In this document: piece after piece, positions 51,770 to 61,237 of the stretch
Layout: every line of letters begins with the position of its first letter
How positions within the stretch are numbered: position 1 is the first letter of the stretch
Assembly: GCA_944385895.1 (NCBI GenBank)
Contig: CALWYZ010000012.1
Coordinates: 16,347 to 80,346 of the forward strand
Source of the DNA: an uncultured Clostridia bacterium
GTDB taxonomy: Bacteria > Bacillota > Clostridia > Oscillospirales > QAKW01
DNA: 64,000 nucleotides
Direction of reading: 5' to 3'
Translations under genes and position numbers: made by a program
The notes under the pieces: generated by a model
Databases searched by the model: none
What the model was told of the DNA's origin: nothing
What the model saw: only the letters and a program-made list of their open reading frames with translations

Positions 51770-53230
51770 ATGAGTGAATTAGTTGAACGGCAGTTTCCTG
51801 CCAAAGCACTAATGACAGGATTGCGAGCCATTGGTTACAGTTTTTCGTCAGCTGTTGCTGATATTATTGATAACAGTATTTCCGCCGGTGCAACCGAAAT
51901 AAAAATACACTCTGATCCTCTCGCTTATATACCGTATTTTTGCATTATTGATAACGGATGCGGTATGTCTGCAAAAGAATTGGATAATGCTATGCTTCCC
52001 GGGTCAGACCGTTCGGGAAAAATAGAATGTGAACAAGAACTGGGACGATTCGGTCTTGGCTTGAAATCAGCTTCACTATCCCAATGTAAAGAATTCACTG
52101 TTGCAAGCAAAAGATTCGGAAAAATTCATGCTATGTCATTTGACTTGGATATTATTGAACGTGAAGATAAGTTATTGCTAAAGAATCTAAGCGATGAGGA
52201 AATATTGTCACTTCCTCAAATAGACAGTTTAAAAAAATACCAAACGGGAACAATTGTTATATGGACCAAATTTGATAAAATTGAAGAATTAGCAAAAAAC
52301 TTTGAAGACAGTTTTCGTTCAACTGTTGCAGATTCAAAAAAACATGTGGAATTCGTTTTTCATAGATTTTACAATCAAATAGAGATATATTATAACGAAA
52401 AACGGATTGAACGAAGAGACCCTTTCCTTCTTGATTCTGTGGGGAGACAGCAAACCGGCAGAATGTCTGTAATCAATGTTGATGGCTCTGACATCACTGT
52501 TATTCCGTACACATTGCCATTTGCAAATTCGTTAACACCGGACGAAAAAACTCTTTTAGGTAATCCCAAAAGCATATATGACGAACAGGGATTCTATCTT
52601 TACAGGAATAAAAGACTTATTTCTTGGGGCACTTGGATGAGAATGGGAATCCGAAGCGAACTCAATAAACTTGCCAGAATTCAAGTAGATATTCCGTCAA
52701 CATTGGATTCCGTTTGGATGCTTGATGTTAAAAAATCCTCCGCAAAAATCCCAGACAAAATTAAAGACCGAATAAAGATGGCCGTTGAGGATTCAATAAT
52801 CCGTAGCAAGCGAACAACAAAATTTCCCGGTGTTAAAGAACAGTCTGCTGAACACAAAATTTGGGATAGAATTAACGAGCATGACGGAAAAATTCGTTAT
52901 CAAATCAATCGTGAAATACCAGCAATTGTCACTCTTAAGGAACTGCTCGGAGAGAACGAAAATCATTTGTTTGATATTGTCTTATCGCAAATAGAAAGTT
53001 ACTTACCAAAGTACTCAATAACAAACGATAACATGGATGCTCTTACAATCATTAACGGAAATGACGATAGTGAAGAAGAACACCTAATTGATGAAATACG
53101 GCAAATATTAGAACTGTGTTCACCTGACAAAAGAGAGTACATATATGATACAATTTTTATCGCAGAAAACTATCAGAAACTTTCAAAACGCAAAGACGAA
53201 ATAAAAAAGAGGTTGCTCGAAAATGATTAA
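51770..53230 (+). CDS. MORC/MutL-like GHKL ATPase (HATPase_c_3 type)
   Basis: Bergerat-fold motifs are 'AVADIIDNSISAGATEIKI', 'IIDNGCGMSAKEL' and 'LGRFGLGLKSASLS'. 486 aa. It starts 4 nt after the dcm stop. Confidence 0.85.
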   Translation: MSELVERQFPAKALMTGLRAIGYSFSSAVADIIDNSISAGATEIKIHSDPLAYIPYFCIIDNGCGMSAKELDNAMLPGSDRSGKIECEQELGRFGLGLKSASLSQCKEFTVASKRFGKIHAMSFDLDIIEREDKLLLKNLSDEEILSLPQIDSLKKYQTGTIVIWTKFDKIEELAKNFEDSFRSTVADSKKHVEFVFHRFYNQIEIYYNEKRIERRDPFLLDSVGRQQTGRMSVINVDGSDITVIPYTLPFANSLTPDEKTLLGNPKSIYDEQGFYLYRNKRLISWGTWMRMGIRSELNKLARIQVDIPSTLDSVWMLDVKKSSAKIPDKIKDRIKMAVEDSIIRSKRTTKFPGVKEQSAEHKIWDRINEHDGKIRYQINREIPAIVTLKELLGENENHLFDIVLSQIESYLPKYSITNDNMDALTIINGNDDSEEEHLIDEIRQILELCSPDKREYIYDTIFIAENYQKLSKRKDEIKKRLLEND

Positions 53231-56084
53231 TGTTAAAACCGAATATGCTACATATATTCAAAAAGCATCTGACACTTTGTATATAATGCTTGACGGACAA
53301 AAGAAAACCCATTCTGAAGTAATAACCACTGCAGAAATGCTTTTGCCTATTGCTACAGGTGTAGCCAACATAAAATCAAATCCGTATTATGCCGATATTC
53401 TCTCAGCCGTAGTTGACCGATACGAAATTGAAGTGGGCATTAAGACTTATTCCCCAGATACTATCGCGAAAGACAAGCAATCAAAATACTGGCTATACAA
53501 GATTAAACCTGCAATTCCTCACCCGTTTTTCGATAGGTATAAACAGTATTTGCGCTCTGACGGATTTGCAATGAAAGCCATTGATAACATTGAAATTACA
53601 TGTGAAGAAATACTTTCATACTGCGCAAATCCGCAAAGTATCGGCGGTCGGGATAAAAAGCGCGGTCTTGTTGTCGGTGATGTTCAGTCTGGCAAAACAG
53701 CAAATTATCTCGGGTTAATTAATATGGCGTACGATTACGGATATAAAATTGTTGTATTATTGGCCGGTACTACTAATTCACTTCGTTTGCAGACTCAAAA
53801 GCGTACGGACAGCGGTGTTATCGGTGCAAAAAGCGATTCAATAGGTAGCTGCATTGAATACATTGGAGTGGGAGAAAATGTTGAAGATCACTTCGCTATT
53901 CCATTCACTAATCAGGCGAATGATTTCAAAAAGTTTATTCAGGCAAACAACAATATTGGGATCGGAGACTTAAATAAGCCGGTTGTTCTGGTTGTCAAAA
54001 AAGTAAAAAGCATTCTCGAAAGTGTCAGCGAGCGACTCCAGTCTGCACTTACCGAAAAAGGATTAAAAGATTCGTCAAGTATTCTAATAATTGATGACGA
54101 GGCTGACAATGCGTCTGTAAATACCCGTTCAGGAGAAGATCCAACAACAATAAACAAGGCAATTAGGGCTATCTTCAATAAATTTCCAATTGCCACTTAT
54201 GTTGGATATACCGCTACGCCTTTTGCCAATATTTTTATAAATCCTCATGATGAAGATGACAATCTTGACTTATTTCCTTCTGATTTCATTGTTCAACTTC
54301 ATGCACCGGATACATATTTTGGCGGTAGAAAAGTGTTCCCTAAAGATGACGAACAGTTACCCCGTTGCCTGAATCTCCTCAACGAAGAGGAGTATGGCTT
54401 TGTCCCAGTTATTCATGATAAGTATTATAACTTTCAAATACTTGCCGAAAGCTTAAAACAGGCTATCAGGGAGTTTTTAATCAACAATGTTATTAGAACT
54501 TTGAGAAATCAACCTAAAAAGCACCGTTCTATGATGATAAATATCACAAGATATAACGATGTTCAGGAAGGAATCAGATATCAGGTTGAAGAATATCTTC
54601 GTAATACCACAAACGCAATTGAGCAGTTAAGCAGTTTATCCCTTGAAAAATTTATCGAAAATGATGAATGCCATGCAATTTTTGATCTTTACCATACTAA
54701 ATTTTATAAAGACATCAGAAACGGAACTTCAGAAGAAGAAAACGGAGTGCCGATAACATGGGATAAAATCCAGACCGGTCTGTACAGCGAAATCAAGCAA
54801 TTCACTGTTGCTGTAATTAACTCACGGAACGGTAAGATGACGCGCAAAAATGAAATCGGTCAAAATGCACGTTTTGATTATGAGGACTATAGAGATACAG
54901 GTGCGAGAGTAATAGCTATTGGCGGCATGGTTCTTTCAAGAGGTTTAACTTTGGAAGGTCTTATGACAAGTTATTATAGCAGAAATGCCGGAACATACGA
55001 TACTCTTTTACAGATGTGCAGATGGTTCGGTTACCGTCCGAAATACGAAGATTTGTGCCGCGTTTATCTTACTCAAGAAAGTATTGACCGTTTCAATGCT
55101 GTTCTTGATGCTGTGGAAGATATGAAAGAACAGTTTGCTGAAATGAAAAGGCAAGATAAAACACCGAAAGATTTTGGCTTGATGATCCGTGAATCCCCGG
55201 ACACATTGGAAACCACCATGCTTATAACCGCCAGAAATAAGATGCGAGGAACAGACACAATAACCTGTTATCTCAATTACGGCGGCGTATACGCGGATAC
55301 ATCTAAACTCTCGCGTAATGTATCGGATAACAGACATAATGTTAAGGCGGTTCAAGATTTAATCAATAAAATAAAATTTGACGGTTTCCTTGCTCGAGAT
55401 ATATCAAAATATGATGTGGCAGAACTGGTTCGCAATCTTGTAATACCTTATGTTAATAAAAAATTCGATACAGAAGGCTTGTCCGAATACATTGAAAATA
55501 GCGATGTATTCTCATATTGGGATGTAGTAATTGCAACCGGCGATTCCAAAAGAGATAGCATGCAAAACTGCTTTGGGATTAGAAATGCTTCAGCAACTTT
55601 GCGTAGCTTTCACTCCAAAGGGAAAAACGATCCATATATCCGAATCGGCGGTTCAAACAACCGTGTTCTTGATCCCGGTATTTTTGACACCGGATTTGAT
55701 GCTACGCAGAATAAACAAAAGGAATTACGAAAGGCGACAAAAGAAAGTGGAGACTTGTCGGCTTTGGATTACCTTGAAATAAGGACAAAACCCTTGATGG
55801 TTATTTATCCTATTGATTTAAAAACTGATTTAACTCCGTCAGAAAAAGATAGGCAACCGGAGTTCACCCAGTGTGAAAAGGATGAAATATGTGCTCTGCG
55901 TACTCAAATAAAAGAAGAGGTTGATAATATTGATACCCCTCTTGTTGCGTTTGCTTTCGGATTTCCAAAGAAAGAATCGTCTGTAAAGCTTCAATACAGA
56001 GCTAATATAATAAAGCTTGATCAGATTAATTCTGGTTTGGAAACTGATGATGAGAACGAAGGCGATGGTGATATAGATGATTGA
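53223..56084 (+). CDS. Z1-domain P-loop / SF2-helicase-like ATPase
   Basis: 953 aa. Walker A is 'VVGDVQSGKTANYLGL' and the DEAD-like Walker B is 'ILIIDDEADNASVN'. The Z1-typical segment reads 'IAIGGMVLSRGLTLEGLMTSYYSR...MCRWFGYR'. An ATGATTAA overlap joins it to the upstream gene. Confidence 0.85.
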   Translation: MINVKTEYATYIQKASDTLYIMLDGQKKTHSEVITTAEMLLPIATGVANIKSNPYYADILSAVVDRYEIEVGIKTYSPDTIAKDKQSKYWLYKIKPAIPHPFFDRYKQYLRSDGFAMKAIDNIEITCEEILSYCANPQSIGGRDKKRGLVVGDVQSGKTANYLGLINMAYDYGYKIVVLLAGTTNSLRLQTQKRTDSGVIGAKSDSIGSCIEYIGVGENVEDHFAIPFTNQANDFKKFIQANNNIGIGDLNKPVVLVVKKVKSILESVSERLQSALTEKGLKDSSSILIIDDEADNASVNTRSGEDPTTINKAIRAIFNKFPIATYVGYTATPFANIFINPHDEDDNLDLFPSDFIVQLHAPDTYFGGRKVFPKDDEQLPRCLNLLNEEEYGFVPVIHDKYYNFQILAESLKQAIREFLINNVIRTLRNQPKKHRSMMINITRYNDVQEGIRYQVEEYLRNTTNAIEQLSSLSLEKFIENDECHAIFDLYHTKFYKDIRNGTSEEENGVPITWDKIQTGLYSEIKQFTVAVINSRNGKMTRKNEIGQNARFDYEDYRDTGARVIAIGGMVLSRGLTLEGLMTSYYSRNAGTYDTLLQMCRWFGYRPKYEDLCRVYLTQESIDRFNAVLDAVEDMKEQFAEMKRQDKTPKDFGLMIRESPDTLETTMLITARNKMRGTDTITCYLNYGGVYADTSKLSRNVSDNRHNVKAVQDLINKIKFDGFLARDISKYDVAELVRNLVIPYVNKKFDTEGLSEYIENSDVFSYWDVVIATGDSKRDSMQNCFGIRNASATLRSFHSKGKNDPYIRIGGSNNRVLDPGIFDTGFDATQNKQKELRKATKESGDLSALDYLEIRTKPLMVIYPIDLKTDLTPSEKDRQPEFTQCEKDEICALRTQIKEEVDNIDTPLVAFAFGFPKKESSVKLQYRANIIKLDQINSGLETDDENEGDGDIDD

Positions 56085-57006
56085 TTTTAAACATTTATTT
56101 GACGGTGGCGAATCAAGTCTGAATCAGCAGAAAAAAATAGCGGTTGATTGTGCTTTGGGTGTTTATTTTGGATACAGTAATGACGGATATTTAAGACTGT
56201 CATTTCTTTCTAAAATTAATGCTCCCCATCTCGAATCAACAAAAGACTTACGCATAGCGCAAGGAGAAGAAGCCATTGGTGTTTTTTGGACGTGTTTTGA
56301 TTTGTTAAATAAAAACACAAGAGAAGTATTCTATGCTTTTTGTGAAAACATGGTTGATTCTGTTTCTGGAATACTTGATGAGTCATTAGCGTTATCAACA
56401 CTTAAAAAGCGATATATTTCATGGAAGTCTATGTTCAAAGGCACGTCCGGAAATTCAATTTCCAGAGAGATATTACAAGGCCTGTACGGAGAACTGTTTT
56501 TTCTGAAAAATTTCATGCTTGAAAAATTCGGAGCGGTAGCTGCTGTCAATTCGTGGAGCGGTCCGGATTCAAAAAGCAAAGACTACTCTATTAACCGTGA
56601 ATGGTATGAGATTAAAACTGTTGGAGCAAATTCTACAACCGTACATATTTCGTCTCTTTCACAACTGTCGTCTCCGTATACCGGACACTTGGTCATTATT
56701 AAAACCGAATCAATGAGTCAGGGATTTGATAACGGAGAGTCGTGCATAAAAGAATTGTTCACATATATTCTTAGCCAAATCAACGATGAAACGGCAGAAG
56801 GTGTTTTTCTGAGCAAAATGTATTCGTATGGCATTGATTTGTCAGACAGTTGTTTGACAGAGAAGTTTTGTGTTAAATCGTTCAACAGATATTTGGTAGA
56901 TGAGCATTTCCCCAAATTAACAGAAAGTGATATTTCAAACAGTGAAATATGTGATGTTAATTATTCGCTAATCATAAATTCTTTGAACGGATACTTGGAG
57001 GAATAA
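56077..57006 (+). CDS. PD-(D/E)XK-motif protein (restriction-endonuclease-fold candidate)
   Basis: 309 aa. 'LYGELFFL ... SGPDSKSKDYSINREWYEIKTV' gives an E...D...ExK arrangement. An ATGATTGA overlap joins it to the Z1 gene. Confidence 0.65.
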   Translation: MIDFKHLFDGGESSLNQQKKIAVDCALGVYFGYSNDGYLRLSFLSKINAPHLESTKDLRIAQGEEAIGVFWTCFDLLNKNTREVFYAFCENMVDSVSGILDESLALSTLKKRYISWKSMFKGTSGNSISREILQGLYGELFFLKNFMLEKFGAVAAVNSWSGPDSKSKDYSINREWYEIKTVGANSTTVHISSLSQLSSPYTGHLVIIKTESMSQGFDNGESCIKELFTYILSQINDETAEGVFLSKMYSYGIDLSDSCLTEKFCVKSFNRYLVDEHFPKLTESDISNSEICDVNYSLIINSLNGYLEE

Positions 57007-57010
57007 AGAA

Positions 57011-59101
57011 ATGGATATACTCGAGTTCCGAGAAAGTTACATAAACGAAGATATTAATGCAGAGGCGGTAAATACTTCTCGGTATCCGGTTGAAGTTTTT
57101 ATCGATAATGCGGCTGATATTCTCAAAAATGACTATTCTCTTATTACAGATATGAGCCAGTGCTTTTACTCGTTTTCAAAGGGCACCAGAGCTTATAAAA
57201 ATATGCATATTGATGCGGCTTATTTAGATCTTGCTTCAAATAAGCTTGACTTACTGTGTGCAGATTATAATGAAGGCGAAATCACAAATATTACAAATGA
57301 GATTGTCAACAGGGAAGCTCAGCTTTTGCTTAACTTTTTTGAGAACTCACTGAAAGGATTCTTCGCATCTGCTGAGCAGTCAGACCCTGCCGTACAGCTT
57401 GCAAGGGATATTCGGTTGAACTACAGAGATATTCACACTATTCATTTATTTGTTGTAAGTACCAACCGACTTAGTAAAAGCGTTAAAAAGCTCGACCTTC
57501 CGGATTATTCATATCAGGAACACACATTTAAGGTTACACTTGATGTTTTGGATATTGAAGGTATTTACCGTTCAAAACTTGCCGGCTTTGAAAAAGAACA
57601 GATTACTATCAAATGTTTGGATTTCGGTATTGCGGGTATCCCCTGTATTAAGGCAGATATTGAAACGGATCAGTATGAGTCATACCTTGCAATAGTCCCG
57701 GGGACTTTCTTGGCAGACATTTATAAAAAGTACAGTTCTGCTCTTCTCGAATCCAATGTTCGTTCTTTTTTAAAATTCAATGGTGCCGTAAATAAGGGTA
57801 TTCGCGGTACTATTTTGAATGAGAAATCCAGATTCTTTACATACAATAACGGAATATCCACAACGGCAAGAGCAGTAACAGTTGTTTCAGATCCTACTCT
57901 TGGCAATATTATTACAGAGTTCGATGACTTACAGATTATTAACGGAGGACAAACCACTGCAACGCTTGCCGCTACAAATATAAAGAATAATGCCGATTTA
58001 AGCGGAATATTTGTTCAAATGAAACTGACTGTTCTGAAGGATGCCGATCCGGATTTGATTCGGAATATAGCAAAATATGCAAACAGTCAGAATAAAGTTA
58101 AAACTGCCGACCTTAATTCAAGCCATCCGTTTTATGTTAGAATGGAAGATTTTTCAAGGAAAGTTTATGCTCCACTTGCCAGCGGAAGTTTGGTTCAGCA
58201 ACTTTGGTTCTTTGAGCGTGCACGCGGTCAGTACGAGCAGCCTTTGATGCAAATGACAAAAGCTCAAGCTAATAATTATAAGCTTACCCGTCCAAAGAAT
58301 ATGAAGTTTACGCTTACTGACCTTGCAAAATATATGAATGCGGCGAATATGTTACCTCATTATGTTTCTTGGGGTGGTGAAGTGAATGCTGCTCATTTCC
58401 ACAACGATATGGAAAAGCAGTGGAACAAAAACGATGCTGTATATAATGAGCTTTTCTATAAAGAGCTTATCGGCAAGAAGATACTGTTTGCAAAAATAGA
58501 GAATGTTATATCTGACCAGCAATGGTACCAGGAAAACAGAGCATATCGCCCGCAAATTGTTGCTTATACATTTTCTAAACTTGTGCTTTCTGCAAAAGAA
58601 GTACATAAAGAGATTAACTATCGTCAGATTTGGGATTTGCAAAGTGTTCCGAATGAGTTTGAACCTGATATAGCAAGAATAGGCAAAATAGTCTTTGAGA
58701 GAATAAATGATCCTAACCGTTCGACAGCAAACGTAGAAACATATTGTAAGAAGCCGGAATGTTGGGATATTATTTCCAAAGTGCCATATCAGATTTTGGA
58801 AGATCTCCGGGAAATACTTATATCACCACGCGAAAAAGAGATTGAAGAAACTGCTGCAAAGAAAGAGCAGAAATTTGATAACGGACTCTTTGATGAGATA
58901 TCTATTTTTAATAAAGGCGCCGACTATTGGACTTCGATGATAGAGCGAGGGAAAACGCAGTTTGTGTTAAATAATGCTGACATTTTTGCCCTAAACGACG
59001 CTATAAAATACTGCCAAATGCAATATACCCAGTTGTCAAAAAAGCAAATAAAAGCAGTTACCGATGTTATCGCAAAGCTTAAGGAAAACGGTATTGAATA
59101 A
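57011..59101 (+). CDS. AIPR-family (abortive infection phage resistance) protein
   Basis: 696 aa. 'VRSFLKFNGAVNKGIRGTILNEKSRFFTYNNGISTTARAV...LQIINGGQTTATL' is the AIPR core as I recall it. Confidence 0.8.
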   Translation: MDILEFRESYINEDINAEAVNTSRYPVEVFIDNAADILKNDYSLITDMSQCFYSFSKGTRAYKNMHIDAAYLDLASNKLDLLCADYNEGEITNITNEIVNREAQLLLNFFENSLKGFFASAEQSDPAVQLARDIRLNYRDIHTIHLFVVSTNRLSKSVKKLDLPDYSYQEHTFKVTLDVLDIEGIYRSKLAGFEKEQITIKCLDFGIAGIPCIKADIETDQYESYLAIVPGTFLADIYKKYSSALLESNVRSFLKFNGAVNKGIRGTILNEKSRFFTYNNGISTTARAVTVVSDPTLGNIITEFDDLQIINGGQTTATLAATNIKNNADLSGIFVQMKLTVLKDADPDLIRNIAKYANSQNKVKTADLNSSHPFYVRMEDFSRKVYAPLASGSLVQQLWFFERARGQYEQPLMQMTKAQANNYKLTRPKNMKFTLTDLAKYMNAANMLPHYVSWGGEVNAAHFHNDMEKQWNKNDAVYNELFYKELIGKKILFAKIENVISDQQWYQENRAYRPQIVAYTFSKLVLSAKEVHKEINYRQIWDLQSVPNEFEPDIARIGKIVFERINDPNRSTANVETYCKKPECWDIISKVPYQILEDLREILISPREKEIEETAAKKEQKFDNGLFDEISIFNKGADYWTSMIERGKTQFVLNNADIFALNDAIKYCQMQYTQLSKKQIKAVTDVIAKLKENGIE

Positions 59102-59112
59102 GAGGCGGAATC

Positions 59113-59553
59113 ATGGACAACCGATCTAAAGAAGCCAGAAGTAAAAATATGTCACACATTCCGAGTAAGAATACAAAGCCTGAGGAAACCGTACGCAAGT
59201 TTCTTTTCAGCCAAGGTTTCAGATATCGGAAAAATGTGTCTTCTCTTCCGGGAAAACCGGATATTGTTCTTCCAAAATATAAGACTGTTGTATTCGTAAA
59301 CGGATGCTTTTGGCATGGGCACGAGGAATGTAAATGGTTTGTTCCGCCTAAAACCAATACGGGATTTTGGAATGCCAAATTCAAGTATAATATTGAGCGC
59401 GACAAAAGAAACTATTCTAAGCTTGAAGAGATGGGTTGGAAAGTAATAATAGTATGGGAATGCGAAATTAGGCATAACAAACCTGTAGACAGACTTCAAA
59501 TGCTTATTGGGGAGATAAATCGTGGAAGCGGAAAAAATGCTACATATCGCTAA
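59113..59553 (+). CDS. vsr: Very short patch repair endonuclease
   Basis: 'SKNMSHIPSKNTKPEETVRKFLFSQGFRYRKNVSSLPGKPDIVLPKYKTVVFVNGCFWHGHE'; 146 aa. Confidence 0.92.
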   Translation: MDNRSKEARSKNMSHIPSKNTKPEETVRKFLFSQGFRYRKNVSSLPGKPDIVLPKYKTVVFVNGCFWHGHEECKWFVPPKTNTGFWNAKFKYNIERDKRNYSKLEEMGWKVIIVWECEIRHNKPVDRLQMLIGEINRGSGKNATYR

Positions 59554-60004
59554 AACATCACTTAATATGCTTCAAACTGTTGAAGATCAAGACCAAGTAG
59601 AAGTGCTGTGGATTGCGGCTATAACGGCATTGCGTGGGGTTGGTCATGTGTTGGCAAAGGTAGACAAATATTCCAATACTATTTTATCTCAAAAAATAGA
59701 TGATTGGTGGATCGACCTCAACAAAAATAAAACGATAGATAAAAACCGTATATTTTTTGATTTCATTGACAAAGAGCGTAACGATACTATCAAGGTGTTA
59801 TCTATACACTACGACAAGGGCATGCAAGATATATTAATTATTGAAGATATCAATGAAAAAGAAGCATATTTTGTGAACGATGTCATCCCGCAATTAATAT
59901 ATATTCCAATGACAGACGGTTATTACGAAGGTGAAGATATTCGAGATTTAATTGAAATGGCTATTGAGTGGTGGGAAAAACAAATCGAAGAATTAAAACG
60001 CTAA
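59537..60004 (+). CDS. Hypothetical protein, translationally coupled to vsr
   Basis: 155 aa from ATG 59537, or 160 aa from GTG 59522. It overlaps the vsr 3' end by 17 nt. I recognise no motif. Confidence 0.5.
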   Translation: MLHIAKTSLNMLQTVEDQDQVEVLWIAAITALRGVGHVLAKVDKYSNTILSQKIDDWWIDLNKNKTIDKNRIFFDFIDKERNDTIKVLSIHYDKGMQDILIIEDINEKEAYFVNDVIPQLIYIPMTDGYYEGEDIRDLIEMAIEWWEKQIEELKR

Positions 60005-60105
60005 AAATAATTAGCATATTTTATAAGAAGATAATGTACTTACTCGTATTTCAGTACTAAAGTAGTTTTATATTCTAAAGATTACAAAGCAAAGAAGGTG
60101 AACCA

Positions 60106-61005
60106 ATGTCCGACAAAATAAATCTTACCCACGAGCAATTATCCGAAGTCAAAGAGTTCTTTCAGCAAAACGATTTCACGGCAAATATGGCACTGGAACG
60201 AGAGCACAATTCCGAAGGCGAACAGGCAAAAGTGTTTGCTCGCTCGAAAAAGATTTTCGGTGAATATTGGCTTGGCAATCTCCGAAAACTCGGCGTCAAA
60301 CGGAAGATGAAAAACTTCTCCAAAGATCATCCGGTCAACTTTTTGGAGAATGCCGACGCGGACTATTTCTCCGAGCAAATTTCTGAAATCTACACGGATC
60401 CGGACAAGCTGAACGAATATATTGACAGATTTTTTGAAATGTACGGCGAGCCGGTTATGCTCGGGATTGACTGCTATGCGAAGTCCGTAGGCAAAGAGGC
60501 TGACGATCTTACCGACGAAGAAATACATATGGTAGTTGAAAAGGTTGCCGGAGTAATTGACGAAACGCTGATTGAAACGGTTATGCAAGGTCAACAGATT
60601 TCGGAAATTTTCGGCATTTCAAAAAAGATACCGCAGCACGAAGATTTTACGGAGCAGTTAAACCAAGACAAAATTAACTTCTACAACAAGTGGACCCATT
60701 GCAAAACCAAGCTCGGCGCACCGCTCTTTTTCAGCGAGTTGTCGGAGGATGAATCTACAAACATTGAGGGGGTAAAAAACTTTTTCGCAAATAATCCCGC
60801 TGAAGAACAGCGGTATATTTTCCTGCGTGATGAGTTTGCAAAAACCTTAAGCAGCACCGATAAAGAGATATATTATCTTTCGGAAAAAGGACTTACTCAA
60901 AAAGAAATTGCCGATCGGCTCGGTTATAAAACCCACAGCGCGGTCAGCAAGCGGAAGAAAATAATGAATAAGGATTTTAAAAAATTCATAGGCTTTGAAA
61001 ACTGA
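60106..61005 (+). CDS. Element-encoded protein with a C-terminal sigma-70 region-4 / LuxR-type HTH
   Basis: 299 aa. The C-terminus reads 'KEIYYLSEKGLTQKEIADRLGYKTHSAVSKRKKIMNKDFKKF'. RBS GAAGGTG is present. Confidence 0.6.
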   Translation: MSDKINLTHEQLSEVKEFFQQNDFTANMALEREHNSEGEQAKVFARSKKIFGEYWLGNLRKLGVKRKMKNFSKDHPVNFLENADADYFSEQISEIYTDPDKLNEYIDRFFEMYGEPVMLGIDCYAKSVGKEADDLTDEEIHMVVEKVAGVIDETLIETVMQGQQISEIFGISKKIPQHEDFTEQLNQDKINFYNKWTHCKTKLGAPLFFSELSEDESTNIEGVKNFFANNPAEEQRYIFLRDEFAKTLSSTDKEIYYLSEKGLTQKEIADRLGYKTHSAVSKRKKIMNKDFKKFIGFEN

Positions 61006-61020
61006 ATAAGTAAAAATCTA

Positions 61021-61057
61021 CGGCGGTGTTCCAAAAAAGGGAGCACCGCCGTTTTTT
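61021..61057 (+). terminator. Terminator after the sigma-like gene
   Basis: CGGCGGTG-(15 nt)-CACCGCCG followed by TTTTTT. Confidence 0.65.
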
Positions 61058-61237
61058 ATATCCGAAAATATTTTTAAAAAGCCTAAAAAATTTTTTCAAA
61101 ACTCAGGAACATTTTTAAATTTTGGCCCTGTACTGTATATGGATGGGGATAAAGCTACAATCGTTTTTTCAAATGTCATTGAAAGATAGAAACGACAATA
61201 TTTACATAAAAATAAACAAAAAGGAGTACGATACAAA

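Noticed and set aside
60139-60594. 151-aa minus-strand ORF
   Set aside because: It is antisense to the sigma-like HTH gene in an element where every supported gene is on the + strand. It has no RBS.
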